From positions 47,541 to 111,540 of the forward strand of contig OKRB01000108.1 of assembly GCA_900290245.1 (NCBI GenBank): a stretch of 64,000 nt of DNA, in the 5' to 3' direction. Below are positions 50,182-60,521 of this stretch, one piece after another. The DNA comes from Candidatus Sulfotelmatomonas gaucii. GTDB lineage: Bacteria; Acidobacteriota; Terriglobia; Terriglobales; Acidobacteriaceae. The notes beneath the pieces are model-generated. The model was not told the origin of the DNA and made no database searches. It was given only the letters and a program-made list of their open reading frames with translations. A program made the position numbers and the translations under genes. Numbering within the stretch: position 1 is the stretch's first letter; every line of letters begins with the position of its first letter.

Positions 50182-51048
50182 TTATCTCTTCATCCACAAG
50201 TCCGCCGAAACAAATCCCAGAAACACCATCGCGATCACGCCATTCATTGTGAAAAACGCGGCATTCAGCCGGCGCAAATCGCGCGGCGACACGATGGAGT
50301 GCTCGTAAGCCAGCAGCAATCCCACCGCAGCCACTCCCAGCCATCCGGCCAGGCCAAAATCAAACAGCCGCCCGAACCATACCAGCAGCGCCAGCATCGC
50401 CAGGTGCATCAGCCGCGCCGTCCAGAACGCAACCGCAACCCCGCTCGCCTGCGGCAGGCTATGCAGTCCCGCCGTGCGGTCGTGCTCATAATCCTGGCAC
50501 GCATAAAGAACATCGAATCCCCCCGCCCATAGCGTCACCGCCGCCGTCAGCACAAGGATCCGCGGATCCAGGCTGCCGCGCACCGCAATCCATGCCGCCG
50601 CGGGCGCCAGTCCCAGCGCCAGTCCCAGGCCAAAGTGCGACCACTGCGTCACTCGTTTCAGATAGCTGTAGCCCAGCAGCACCACCAGCACCACGGGAGT
50701 CAGTTCCAGCGCCAGCCGGTTCAGCTCGGCGGCCGCCGCCATAAACACGGCCACGGCAATGCACGTAAACCCCAGCACGAAGCCCCGCGACAGCAGCCCC
50801 GCCGGAATCGCGCGACTCTTCGTTCGCGGATTTTCCGCGTCCAGGTCCGCATCAGCCCAGCGATTAAATGCCATTGCGGCCGACCGCGCCGCCACCATGG
50901 CCACCACAATCCAACCTACCGTCCGCCAGCCCGGCAGCCCGTCTGCCGCCAGCAGCATCGCTGTCAGCGCAAACGGCAGCGCGAAGATCGAGTGCTCCCA
51001 CTTGATCATCTCCAGCGTGGTGTGAATTTTCTTCAGGATCCCGGCCAT
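50182..51048 (-). CDS. ubiA: UbiA-family polyprenyltransferase (MqnP-like)
   Basis: IKWEHSIFALPF, AMAFNRWADADLDAENPRT, GGFDVLYACQD. Confidence 0.85.
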   Translation of the reverse strand: MAGILKKIHTTLEMIKWEHSIFALPFALTAMLLAADGLPGWRTVGWIVVAMVAARSAAMAFNRWADADLDAENPRTKSRAIPAGLLSRGFVLGFTCIAVAVFMAAAAELNRLALELTPVVLVVLLGYSYLKRVTQWSHFGLGLALGLAPAAAWIAVRGSLDPRILVLTAAVTLWAGGFDVLYACQDYEHDRTAGLHSLPQASGVAVAFWTARLMHLAMLALLVWFGRLFDFGLAGWLGVAAVGLLLAYEHSIVSPRDLRRLNAAFFTMNGVIAMVFLGFVSADLWMKR

Positions 51049-51188
51049 GAACCACCCTCTTTAATCTAATTGAGCCGGCGACACCCGCCGCTCCACGCCT
51101 GCGGCCAACTCCAAAGCCCAAAATTGGCTGCCCCGCCAACCCTTCTCCCGGCGCCTGCCAACGCAGATCGCTGAAGATCACTCCCCAT

Positions 51189-51204
51189 CGTGACATCCAT
51201 CACC
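51189..51204. promoter_or_regulatory. CRP-type box, near consensus
   Basis: CGTGA-catcca-TCACC (8/10 match to TGTGA-N6-TCACA), 57 nt before ATG 51262. Confidence 0.55.
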
Positions 51205-51261
51205 AATGCCAAACCTCAATCAGTGGAATGATTAGCCTCAACGTTCCTGTGGAGGAGATCC

Positions 51262-51702
51262 ATGGCAGCCTCTAGCCCCCGAGAACGACCCCTGGCGCAA
51301 ATGGACCCAAAAGGTTTTGTCGGTGACCCGGAACTGATTCGACTGCTTGAACAGCATTCGGTTCCCGCACCCTGCGATGCGGATGGTGCTCTGTTCCGGC
51401 AGGGCGACCTGCCCGCGGGCTTGTACATCTTTCGCGACGGCATGGTTACGTTAAGCATGATTTCCGACGATGGCCATTCGCTCTTCGCCGCGCAGGCGCT
51501 GCCCGGTTCCCTGCTCGGCCTTCCCGCCGTCGTCAGCAATCAACCGTACACAATCACTGCGACAGCGTGCGCCGGCGCGCGAGTCTCCTTTATCAGCCGG
51601 CAAGACTTCTCTCGGCTCATGTTGTCATTCCCTCCGTTGTCCGTCAGGATTCTGAAGGTCCTTGCTGCCCAGGTCCGCAGCGCCCGCCGCGCCCTCTACT
51701 AG
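51262..51702 (+). CDS. Stand-alone cNMP-binding (Crp sensor) domain protein, no HTH
   Basis: LFRQGDLPAGLYIFRDGMV, PGSLLGLPAV..QPYTITA, C-helix-like LSVRILKVLAAQVRSARR then stop; GGAGGAG RBS. Confidence 0.85.
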   Translation: MAASSPRERPLAQMDPKGFVGDPELIRLLEQHSVPAPCDADGALFRQGDLPAGLYIFRDGMVTLSMISDDGHSLFAAQALPGSLLGLPAVVSNQPYTITATACAGARVSFISRQDFSRLMLSFPPLSVRILKVLAAQVRSARRALY

Positions 51703-51767
51703 CTCGTGTCGACCTCTCGCAACACACTTCCGGCTCGTCCCTGACCGGGAATCACGCGGGACTCTAC

Positions 51768-51783
51768 TGTGATTTACATCACA
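51768..51783. promoter_or_regulatory. Perfect CRP consensus box
   Basis: TGTGA-tttaca-TCACA in the intergenic region before the second cNMP-domain gene. Confidence 0.8.
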
Positions 51784-51876
51784 CAACCCGAGCGACAACC
51801 GATGCGATGATATCTGCGTCGCCTCAATCGGGCTCGGGCCGGATAAACTCCTAATTTTCATAAGGAAAGCAAAGCT

Positions 51877-52284
51877 GTGCCGCCAGATTCATCAGCATTT
51901 GTCGCCGATCCGGAGCTACATCAAGCCCTTCAGGAACGGTCTACCCCCGTCCCGTGTGAGACAGATCGTCTTCTCTTCCAGCAAGATGCGCCGGCAGATG
52001 GCGTTTACCTCCTCCAACAGGGCGCGGTCAAGCTTACGATGAACTCCCACGATGGACGAACGATCTTCTCCATCCAGGCGATGCCTGGTTCCGTGCTCGG
52101 CCTTCCAGCGCTCGTCAGTGATCAACCTTACTCGCTCAGTGCGATTGCCCGTGCCGAAGCGCAGGTAAGTTTCGTCAGCCGCGCGGATTTCTTCGCGATC
52201 ATGAACGCGCATCCCGCACTTTCTCTCAAAATATTGCAGGTTCTTGCCGCCGAAGTTCGCACCGCCCGCAAGGCCCTCTTTTAG
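51877..52284 (+). CDS. Stand-alone cNMP-binding (Crp sensor) domain protein, paralog of 51262
   Basis: LFQQDAPADGVYLLQQG, PGSVLGLPALVSDQPYSLSA, LSLKILQVLAAEVRTARK; AAGGA RBS. Confidence 0.85.
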   Translation: MPPDSSAFVADPELHQALQERSTPVPCETDRLLFQQDAPADGVYLLQQGAVKLTMNSHDGRTIFSIQAMPGSVLGLPALVSDQPYSLSAIARAEAQVSFVSRADFFAIMNAHPALSLKILQVLAAEVRTARKALF

Positions 52285-52452
52285 CCCGCAAAAACTTCCG
52301 GTCTGCGTGACCATTCGCTCTCGCCGGCTGTCGAACGGCAACGTGCGTCAGCTAATCTTCCAGCTCAGCATTGTCGGTTTCGGAATCGGGCGTGAGCGGC
52401 AGATCGGCATTAGTTCTTTGACCGACCCTTACCTGCTAAACTCACTCTGGTC

Positions 52453-53085
52453 GTGCCCCTCGCAAGCCTCGTTATCGCCGCCGCAGCCTACCTCCTCGGA
52501 TCCATTCCCATGGGGTACCTGCTCGTCCGCATTTTTCGACATGAGGACATTCGCTCGGTCGGCAGCGGCAACATCGGCGCTACCAATGTTCTCCGCGCCG
52601 GTGGCAAAGGGCTCGCCGCCGCCACGTTTCTTCTCGACGTCCTCAAGGGCAGCGCCTCGGTCTGGCTCGGCGGCTTGCTCGGCGCGCTTCTCATGCCCGA
52701 CGTCCCTTTGCGCACGGCGCAGGCCATCGCCGCTCTCTTCGCCGTCCTCGGCCACATGTTCACCTGCTGGTTGCGCTTCCGCGGTGGCAAGGGCGTGGCC
52801 ACTGGTTTTGGAGTCTTCCTCGTTGCCTCGCCCCTTGCTGCTTTGGCCGCCATCGGCGTCTTTGCCGTAGTCTTCGCCATCAGCCGCATCGTCTCCGTCT
52901 CGTCCATCGTCGGCGCGGCCAGCTTTCCCCTCTTCGCCTGGTTTCTTGTCACCGGCCCCCGCCCCCCTGCCTTCTTTGTTGTCCAATGCGCCGTTGCCTT
53001 GCTCATCATCGCTAAGCATCACGAGAACATTCGGCGCCTGCTTGCCGGCACCGAATCTCGCTTCGGAGCCAAGAAGACTGCATGA
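52453..53085 (+). CDS. plsY: Glycerol-3-phosphate acyltransferase
   Basis: YLLGSIP, DIRSVGSGNIGATN, GHMF...FRGGKGVAT, KHHENIRRL. Confidence 0.95.
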   Translation: MPLASLVIAAAAYLLGSIPMGYLLVRIFRHEDIRSVGSGNIGATNVLRAGGKGLAAATFLLDVLKGSASVWLGGLLGALLMPDVPLRTAQAIAALFAVLGHMFTCWLRFRGGKGVATGFGVFLVASPLAALAAIGVFAVVFAISRIVSVSSIVGAASFPLFAWFLVTGPRPPAFFVVQCAVALLIIAKHHENIRRLLAGTESRFGAKKTA

Positions 53086-54089
53086 GTCGTATCGCTATTT
53101 TGGGTTGCGGCGCCTGGGGCACCGCCCTCGCTCTCTCTCTCCACCGTCGCGGCGGCCACAAGATCACGTTGTGGGCCCACACGCCCGAGCTCGCCCATGA
53201 GATCCTCGCAGCCAAAGAGAACAGTCAATTCCTCCCCGGCTTCCCGCTTCCCGATGGCATCATCATCACTGGCGACGGCGCCGCCATCTCCGACGCCCAG
53301 ATTGTGGTCTCCGTCATTCCCTCGGAGTTTCTTCGTCCAACTCTGCTTCGGGTCCGCTCCCACTTGCGCATCGGCCAGTTCATCGTCAGCGCCACCAAGG
53401 GTCTTGAAGACCAAACACTTTACCGCATGACAGAAGTTCTTTCAGCGGCCCTGGAGCCGGTCGGGCTTTTGGTCTCCATCGGCGCTCTCTCCGGGCCCAG
53501 CTTCGCTCAGGAGGTGGCAATGGGCCAGCCTACCGCCGTGACCGTTGCGTTCAGCGATCCGCAAGTCGCTTCGCTCATCCGGCAGGAATTCTCCTCTGAA
53601 TTCCTCCGCCTCTACACCTCCACCGACGTCGTCGGCGTTGAGTTGGGCGGCGCGCTCAAGAATGTCATCGCCATTGCCGCCGGCGTCGCCGTGGGCACCG
53701 GCCTGGGACATAATTCGATCGCCGCGCTCATCACCCGCGGCATCGCTGAGATTACGCGCCTCGCCGTGGCCTGCGGCGCGCGCCGTGAAACCCTCGCCGG
53801 CCTCTCCGGCATTGGCGATCTCGTCCTCACATGCACCGGGAGCCTCAGCCGCAATCGCACGGTCGGCCTCGCTCTTGGCGAAGGCCGCAAACTTCCTGAA
53901 GCGCTGGCCGCACTCGGCGGCAAAGTGGCTGAAGGCGTGCACACCACCCATGTTGCTCTCGGCCTGGCTCGCGAGCACTCCATCGAAATGCCCATCACCG
54001 CGCAAATGGAATTGATCTTCAACAAGGGCAAGGACCCACGCGAAGCCATCCGCGATCTCATGCTCCGCCCCGGCAGGGACGAACACTAA
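53082..54089 (+). CDS. gpsA: NAD(P)H-dependent glycerol-3-phosphate dehydrogenase
   Basis: LGCGAWGTA, ATKGLE, SGPSFA, GGALKNVIAI, GDLVLTC..SLSRNR. Confidence 0.97.
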   Translation: MSRIAILGCGAWGTALALSLHRRGGHKITLWAHTPELAHEILAAKENSQFLPGFPLPDGIIITGDGAAISDAQIVVSVIPSEFLRPTLLRVRSHLRIGQFIVSATKGLEDQTLYRMTEVLSAALEPVGLLVSIGALSGPSFAQEVAMGQPTAVTVAFSDPQVASLIRQEFSSEFLRLYTSTDVVGVELGGALKNVIAIAAGVAVGTGLGHNSIAALITRGIAEITRLAVACGARRETLAGLSGIGDLVLTCTGSLSRNRTVGLALGEGRKLPEALAALGGKVAEGVHTTHVALGLAREHSIEMPITAQMELIFNKGKDPREAIRDLMLRPGRDEH

Positions 54090-54126
54090 GCAGCAACGTG
54101 GGTTTGTCGGTAAGGTGGGAACCCTG

Positions 54127-54237
54127 GGGTGCCCCGTCCTAGCTTTGCTAGGGCGGGGTAAGAATTTGCCGCGCTACTTCACTCTCTCAACTTGCTCCGG
54201 CTTGCCCCACCCTTTCGCGCCTTATGCGAAGGGTGAG
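54127..54237 (+). repeat. Two REP family A variants after gpsA
   Basis: gggtgcccc-gtcctagc-ttt-gctagggc-ggg (54127); cttgcccc-accctttcgc-gccttat-gcgaagggtg (54201). Confidence 0.75.
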
Positions 54238-54340
54238 TTTCGAGAACGTGGTCGCCCCATCCCTGCTCCCTACTCCCTGTTTTCTGGCCTACAATAAACG
54301 CAATCCACGTCGCGTGATCCTTCAGCCCGGGGGCCGGACC

Positions 54341-57300
54341 TTGCGCCACCGAACCATTCTCACCGCTCTTTGCCCCGCGATCGCACTCTTCGCCGCGACG
54401 AATTCCTTCCTTTGCCTTTCCGGCCGCGCCGCGCAAACTTCTTCCACCGCTGAATCCGCCGTGCCCGCATTGGGCCCCGAAGCGCAACAGAAGCTCAATC
54501 ATCTCCAGGCCGCCCTCCGTTCCGCGCACGCATCGCATCACGCCAAAAACGAAGCGGCGGCGCTGATCCAACTGGGCGACTTCAATCTCGTCATCTCCGA
54601 AGAAAAGCAAGCCCTCGACGCCTACAACCAGGCGCTCGCCCTGGCCCGTTCCGCAAACGACCCGACCCTCGAGGCCTCCGCCCTCATCGGAATCGCGGAC
54701 TGCCGCAGAACCGAATCCGCGAACGATGATGCGCACCGCACGTATCAGCAGGCTCTCGATCTGGCGCAAGCCGCTGGCGACATCAAGCGTCAGGCTGCTG
54801 CCCTCAACGGCATGGGATGGGTGAATGACAATACCCACGACCTCCAGAAAGGTCTGGACCTGCACAACCAGGCGCTCGCGCTCGCCCGGCAGGCCGGCGA
54901 TCTCGATCTCGAGGCCCAGATCCTCAACCGCATCGGCGCCGACAACGACGATCTTGGCAACACCTCGAAAGCGCTCGATTTTTACAATCAGGCGCTCGGA
55001 AAATGGCGCGCGGCAAACGACATCGACGGCCAGGCCAAGGCCCTGAACAATCTCGGCATTCTTGCCGCCGAATCCGGTGATCCCTCAACCGCTCTCGCCG
55101 ACTACACCCAGGCGCTGCCTCTCTATCATCGGGCAGGCGATCGCGCCGGCGAAGCCGGAGCCTTGAACAACATGGGTGTTCTCTACAAAAACACCGGCCA
55201 GGAACAGAAGGCGCTCGGCTACTTCTTTGAGATCCTTCCATTGCAACGCGCTTTGGCAAATCGCAACGGCGAAGCCGCGGCGCTCAACAATCTCGGCAAT
55301 GTTTACTCGCAGCTCGGCGAGAATCAGCAAGCCCTGGATGCCTTCAACCAGTCATTGATCCTCGATCAGAGCCTGAACAATCCCGTAGGCCAGGCCGGCG
55401 TGTTGCTCAACATCGGCGAAGTGTGGGTTCGGCTGGGCGAAATACAAAAGGCACTTGAGGCTCTCGAACATTCGCTTGCGCTTTTTGCCACGTCGGGCGA
55501 ACCTCGCGGCCAGGCCAACACGCTCAATGCCATCGGAGTCGTCTACGACGATCTTGGCCAGCCGCAGCAGGCCCTCGGCTACTACACGCGCGCGCTCGCC
55601 ATGTACAAAGATCTGAACGATCCTGACGGCGAGGCGACAGCGCTGAACGACATCGCAGGAATCTACAACGCGCCGGACCAGAAGCAACATGCGCTCGAGA
55701 TTCACAATCAGGCGCTACAGCTTGAAAGGGCCGCGCAAAATCGCGACGGCGAAGCGCGCACCCTCAACAACATGGGCCTCGTCTACGAAGACCTTGGCCA
55801 AAAGCAAAAGGCGCTCGAGAGTTACCAGCAGGCGCTGCCCATCTGGCACGCAGTCGGCAGTCGCGATGGCGAAGCGCAGGTTCTCGATAACATCGGCAGC
55901 CTCATCTCCGATTCCGGCAATCCCGATGAAGCGCGCTCCTACTTTGCTCAGGCCCTCCCGCTCGCCGCCGAGGTCAATGACCCGCTGCGCGAAGCGCAGA
56001 TCTTTCACAACATGATGCTGAATGAAAAAGCCGCGCGCCCTGCGCTCGCCGTCTTCTACGGCAAACAAGGCGTCGACCTGCTGCAACACGTCCGCGGCCA
56101 GATTCAGGGTCTAGACCCGGCGCTGCAAAAGAGCTTCCTCGCCACGAAGACCGACTACTACCGCGACCTGGCCGCGCTGCTCATCGCACGGGGCCGCTTG
56201 CCCGAAGCGCAACAGGTCCTCGACCTGCTCAAGGAACAGGAATACGCTGACTACGTCCGCGGCGAAACCGCGAACACGCTTCAGCCACTCGCCCTCACGC
56301 CAGCCGAGCAGCAAGCCAAGGTCGAATACGACAAGTCGACCGCGCACATGATTGCCCTCGGGGAGCATTGGCTCGCGCTCAAGAACAACAGCGCCCGTAC
56401 CGCGGAGCAGGAAAAAACCTATCAGCAACTCTTCGACGAGCTCGACGCCGCCAGCAAAGGACTCAACGACTACTACGCCCGCCTCTATGTCGCATTCGGC
56501 AGCAACATTGAAGCCAATCGGCAACTGGCTGACGTAAAGGGCGACGTGAGCCGGTTGAAGCGCGTTCTGCAGGATTCGCCGCACACCGTGGCGCTCTACA
56601 CCCTGGTCGGCAAGGACCGTTACAGCGTTATCGTCATCACCGGCGCAACGGCTGTTGCCCGCGAATTCCCTATCGCCGAAGCCGATCTGAACGCCAAAGT
56701 CGCTGCCTTCCAGCAGGTGCTCCGCGATCCTGCGCGCGATCCCAGGCCGCTCGCCGCCGAACTCTACAAGATTCTCGTCGGCCCGGCCGCCGCCGACCTC
56801 GATCAAGCCAGGGCCGAGACCCTCGTCTGGTCGCTCGACGGCGCGCTGCGTTACATCCCAATGGCCGCACTCTTCGACGGCAGCAAATATCTCGTGGAGA
56901 AATACTCGATCGCCACCATCACTCCAGCGAGCATCGCCAGCCTCGACACTCCGCCCAAAGTGGCCAACCTGAGCATCGCCGCCATGGGCATCTCGCGCCA
57001 GTACCAAAACGATCTTCCCGCGCTGCCCGCCGTCGCTGTCGAGCTCGACGACGTGGTAAAGGATCCGCAAGCCAAAGACGCTCACGGCCCCTTGCCGGGA
57101 ACCATCCTTCTCAACGGCGACTTTACGCAGCAGGCGATGGACCGCCTCCTCGAGCGCGATTTTTCCGTCGTCCACATCGCCAGCCACTTCGTCTACCGGC
57201 CCGGCGACGACAGCCAGTCGTACCTGCTGCTCGCCGGCAAGGACACAGACAGCGCCGGCTATCATCTCACCGTTGCTGACTTCCGCGACGATCAGCGGCT

Positions 57301-57703
57301 CTCGCTCGAGAATACCGATCTGCTTACGCTCTCCGCCTGCGAAACCGGCATGAGCGGCTCGGCGAGTAATGGCCGCGAAGTCGATGGCCTGGGAACCACC
57401 GCGCAGCTCAGGGGAGCGAAAGCGGTCATCTCGTCGCTTTGGGACGTGAATGACGTGAGCACCGGCTCGCTGATGGCCGATTTCTACAAGCGATGGGCTG
57501 ATGGCGTCGGCAAGGTCACCAAAGGGGAGGCGCTACGCCAGGCGCAGTTGGACCTGCTCGAGGGCCGGCTTTCGCCGAAGCCCGGCGCCGGCGGCAGAGG
57601 TCTCGGCGTCGTCGAGAGCGCACCCGCGCCGCAGCCGGGCCCCGCAGGCTACGCGCATCCATATTACTGGGCGCCCTTCGTCCTCATGGGCAATTGGAAG
57701 TAG
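54341..57703 (+). CDS. TPR-repeat plus CHAT (caspase-like) domain protein
   Basis: Many ~40-aa TPR units (GEA.ALNN.G.VY..LG..QKAL); catalytic VHIASHF and LSACETG; HPYYWAPFVLMGNW end; probable TTG start with signal peptide. Confidence 0.9.
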   Translation: MRHRTILTALCPAIALFAATNSFLCLSGRAAQTSSTAESAVPALGPEAQQKLNHLQAALRSAHASHHAKNEAAALIQLGDFNLVISEEKQALDAYNQALALARSANDPTLEASALIGIADCRRTESANDDAHRTYQQALDLAQAAGDIKRQAAALNGMGWVNDNTHDLQKGLDLHNQALALARQAGDLDLEAQILNRIGADNDDLGNTSKALDFYNQALGKWRAANDIDGQAKALNNLGILAAESGDPSTALADYTQALPLYHRAGDRAGEAGALNNMGVLYKNTGQEQKALGYFFEILPLQRALANRNGEAAALNNLGNVYSQLGENQQALDAFNQSLILDQSLNNPVGQAGVLLNIGEVWVRLGEIQKALEALEHSLALFATSGEPRGQANTLNAIGVVYDDLGQPQQALGYYTRALAMYKDLNDPDGEATALNDIAGIYNAPDQKQHALEIHNQALQLERAAQNRDGEARTLNNMGLVYEDLGQKQKALESYQQALPIWHAVGSRDGEAQVLDNIGSLISDSGNPDEARSYFAQALPLAAEVNDPLREAQIFHNMMLNEKAARPALAVFYGKQGVDLLQHVRGQIQGLDPALQKSFLATKTDYYRDLAALLIARGRLPEAQQVLDLLKEQEYADYVRGETANTLQPLALTPAEQQAKVEYDKSTAHMIALGEHWLALKNNSARTAEQEKTYQQLFDELDAASKGLNDYYARLYVAFGSNIEANRQLADVKGDVSRLKRVLQDSPHTVALYTLVGKDRYSVIVITGATAVAREFPIAEADLNAKVAAFQQVLRDPARDPRPLAAELYKILVGPAAADLDQARAETLVWSLDGALRYIPMAALFDGSKYLVEKYSIATITPASIASLDTPPKVANLSIAAMGISRQYQNDLPALPAVAVELDDVVKDPQAKDAHGPLPGTILLNGDFTQQAMDRLLERDFSVVHIASHFVYRPGDDSQSYLLLAGKDTDSAGYHLTVADFRDDQRLSLENTDLLTLSACETGMSGSASNGREVDGLGTTAQLRGAKAVISSLWDVNDVSTGSLMADFYKRWADGVGKVTKGEALRQAQLDLLEGRLSPKPGAGGRGLGVVESAPAPQPGPAGYAHPYYWAPFVLMGNWK

Positions 57704-57908
57704 CAACCGCGCGCTTCATCGACGCATTCGCGAACCACATCCTGATACAACCCGATTTGCATTTCGAGCTTCTATATAGCTGCTGGATCTAGTCGGCCCC
57801 TATAATCGCTGGTTCAAATCGATATTTAGCTGCTCGTTCACGTCGATCCTGTCTATTCGTTCATGTAGATGCCCGGCTCGCTCGCGAGTTCTCCCTCAGG
57901 AGTGCCCC

Positions 57909-59791
57909 ATGCTGTCGAGAAGTTGTATGCTTTCCGCCGCCCTGTGTGCGGCGACGTCCGCCTCCGCTTGCTTCGCCCAGTCCTACACCAATTGGAGTCT
58001 TATCCCCTCCGGCTCAGACCCCGGTTTATACGGCGGCAGTACTTACGCTGTCGATCTCAACAACGACGGCGTCCCCGATCTCGTTACAAATGAAGTATTT
58101 CAAAACGCCAACAATCTGTCGCCGGACTTCGCCGTGTTCATCGCCAACGGCGACGGCACCTTCCAGGCGCCCGTTCTGTATCAGTATTCTCCCGCCTCGA
58201 TTCCGCCCGGCGATACCGGCCCGTACAACATACCCATGGCGTTCGGCGACTTCAATGGCGACGGGAATGTAGACGTCGCCATGCCCGTCGGCAATGACAC
58301 CATCGCCGTCTATCTCGGCAAAGGCGACGGCACGTTCGCGAATCCCTGGTACTCAGTAATTTCGCTCCCGTCCAACCAATATGTCCTTACTTCCTACCCG
58401 GTGTTCGTCGCGGCCGACTTCAATCATGACGGCAAACTTGACCTCGCCCTGGTTGGCGTAAACACAGACGAAAGCGGTGAGACGGTTTACGTCCTGCCGG
58501 ATGAAGGCAACGGTCTGTTTTCAACTGTCGACCCCGTCCTCAACGTCGCGACCTATCCAAATGGAAGTGGGGGTGTCCGGGAGTTGCTGACGGGCGATTT
58601 CGATGGCGACACCAACGCCGATCTGGCGGCCGAAATCAGTGCCGGCTCACAGAACGGCGAAAGCCTCGGCGCCACCACGGTTCACGTTCTTTACGGAGAC
58701 GGAAATCTCGGCTTCAACGATACAATCCCCATCAACAATCCCAATTCCCTCGGCCAGCTCAACGTGGGTGATCTGAACAGCGACGGCAAATCTGACCTCT
58801 ATGTGATTGGCAGTACCATGCTCACCTGGTACGGGCAGTGGGGCGAGACGTTTGCCAGCCACAGCCAGCAGATCGCTCCGGCCGAATATCGAACCAGCTT
58901 CCAGCCGATGGCGGACTTCAATAACGACGGCCTGAACGACCTTGTCGCAACGGCGCAGACCTATACCGATTCGTTTCTGGTCTTCCTGCTGGCCACGCCA
59001 CTCCCGGCCAGTTCGATGTTCAGACATGGAACACACCCCCCTACTTGTCGGCTCCTACCGGCGGCTCCGGCATCGATTCGCTTCCGGTAGCGGGCAACTT
59101 CAAAAGCAATGACGAAAAACCCGACATTGCGTACATTGCTTACACCGGCCCCGAGTCCTACGCAATCAACACTTCTGTCCCGTACGTTGGTTTGAACGCC
59201 ACCGTCGGCGCACTCTGGAGCAACTGCCCCTATCCGGCATCCGGCAATGGCATCAGCCTGTGCTCGCCGGCGCTCATGTCGGGCAACCAGGTGAACTTCA
59301 ATGCCACCGCTCACTCCAATCGTGATCTGCGCAAACTCGAGGTGTGGGTCGACGGCACCAAGCTCGGCGAGCAGTACAACACGTGGGAAGGCAACGCATA
59401 TTTCAGCTTGAGCGCGACGCTCGCGCCCGGTACGCACTCCGGAACCTACTACGCGGCTGACTGGGACGACACACTCCTGCAATACAACTTCAATTTCACG
59501 GTTCCATCCGATTGCAGCGCTCCCACGTCGCCCGGGGTAAACATCTGCGCTCCAACTGACGGGTCCAGCATCTCCTCGCAATCGGTACTGGTGCAGGCAA
59601 CTTCGAATATCACGGGTACGCTCGCGCGCATGGAGATCTGGGTAGACTCGGCGAAGGAATACACCGAGACCACCTCAACCTCGCTCTCGGCCGCGGTCGC
59701 CGCAAGCCCTGGAACACACACGATTACTGTCTTCGCGGTGAACACAGACGGCACGGCCTGGAGCCAGGCCGCCAGCGTCACAATCCAATGA
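57909..59791 (+). pseudogene. FG-GAP/VCBS repeat protein with two C-terminal Ig-like domains, one frameshift (pseudogene or assembly error)
   Basis: Repeated DxNxDGxxD motifs; at ~58998 the second frame continues TPGQFDVQTWNTPPYLSAPT to TGA 59791. Confidence 0.75.
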
Positions 59792-59874
59792 ATGCGCCGA
59801 GCGTCCAGCACGAGCATCTGGTTTTAGTCCTGCTCGTTGTTCGGCAGCTGGCCAACTCATCCTTGTATCGGGAG

Positions 59875-59913
59875 CTGTGCCCCGTTCATCGCGGCCTTAT
59901 CGCGATGAGCGGG
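59875..59913 (+). repeat. Left REP of the RAYT locus
   Basis: ctgtgcccc-gttcatcgcg-gcctta-tcgcgatgagc-ggg. Confidence 0.85.
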
Positions 59914-60320
59914 TCCCCGCGCAAGATCCCAGCGGAGTAACGATAGCACCATGCCATACGGCCTGAACCGGTTCCAGAAGGCCGATGCACTTCACTTCAT
60001 TACGTTCAGTTGCTTCCACCGTCTTCCGTTCCTTGAAGCGCCGCCAACCAGGGAAACGTTTGAATTCGTTCTGGAACAGACTCGGTCACGTCACCGGGCC
60101 AGGGTCTACGCTTACGTCCTGATGCCTGAACATATCCACTTGCTGATCAACGAGCCGCCGCTGATCCTGGTGGCGCAGTTTCTGATAGGCGCTCAAGCAG
60201 ATCACTTCACGCGAACTGCGGGGCGATCGCCGGCAGTTTTGGCAGGACCGTTATTTTGACGCTAACATCCATGGTGAAACAGCCCGGTCCGAAGTGATCC
60301 GATATATCCACCGAAACCCC

Positions 60321-60363
60321 CGGGGGCCCCGGCGACAGGTCGTCGTCGCTGGGGTGGAAGCCC
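60321..60363 (+). mobile_element. 43-bp palindromic insertion (family C) inside RAYT
   Basis: Stem ccccggcgac/gtcgctgggg; removing it restores aac ccc gta aaa agg gga (NPVKRG). Confidence 0.8.
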
Positions 60364-60483
60364 GTAAAAAGGGGACTGGTCGCATCGCCCGAGCAGTACC
60401 GATGGAGCAGCTTCAACCACTACGCTACCGGAATCCGAGGAGTCGTTGAAATCGAGTCGCAGTGGATGGCAAGAATTCGCGGA

Positions 60484-60521
60484 CCACTCATCGCGATAAG
60501 GCCGCGATCAATAGGGCACAG
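60484..60521 (-). repeat. Right REP of the RAYT locus, inverted relative to the left REP
   Basis: Reverse complement ctgtgccctattgatcgcggccttatcgcgatgagtgg matches the copy at 59875. Confidence 0.85.

Noticed and set aside
54224-54340. N-terminal extension of the TPR-CHAT ORF
   Set aside because: It derives from a REP and a C-rich tandem tract; not protein-like.
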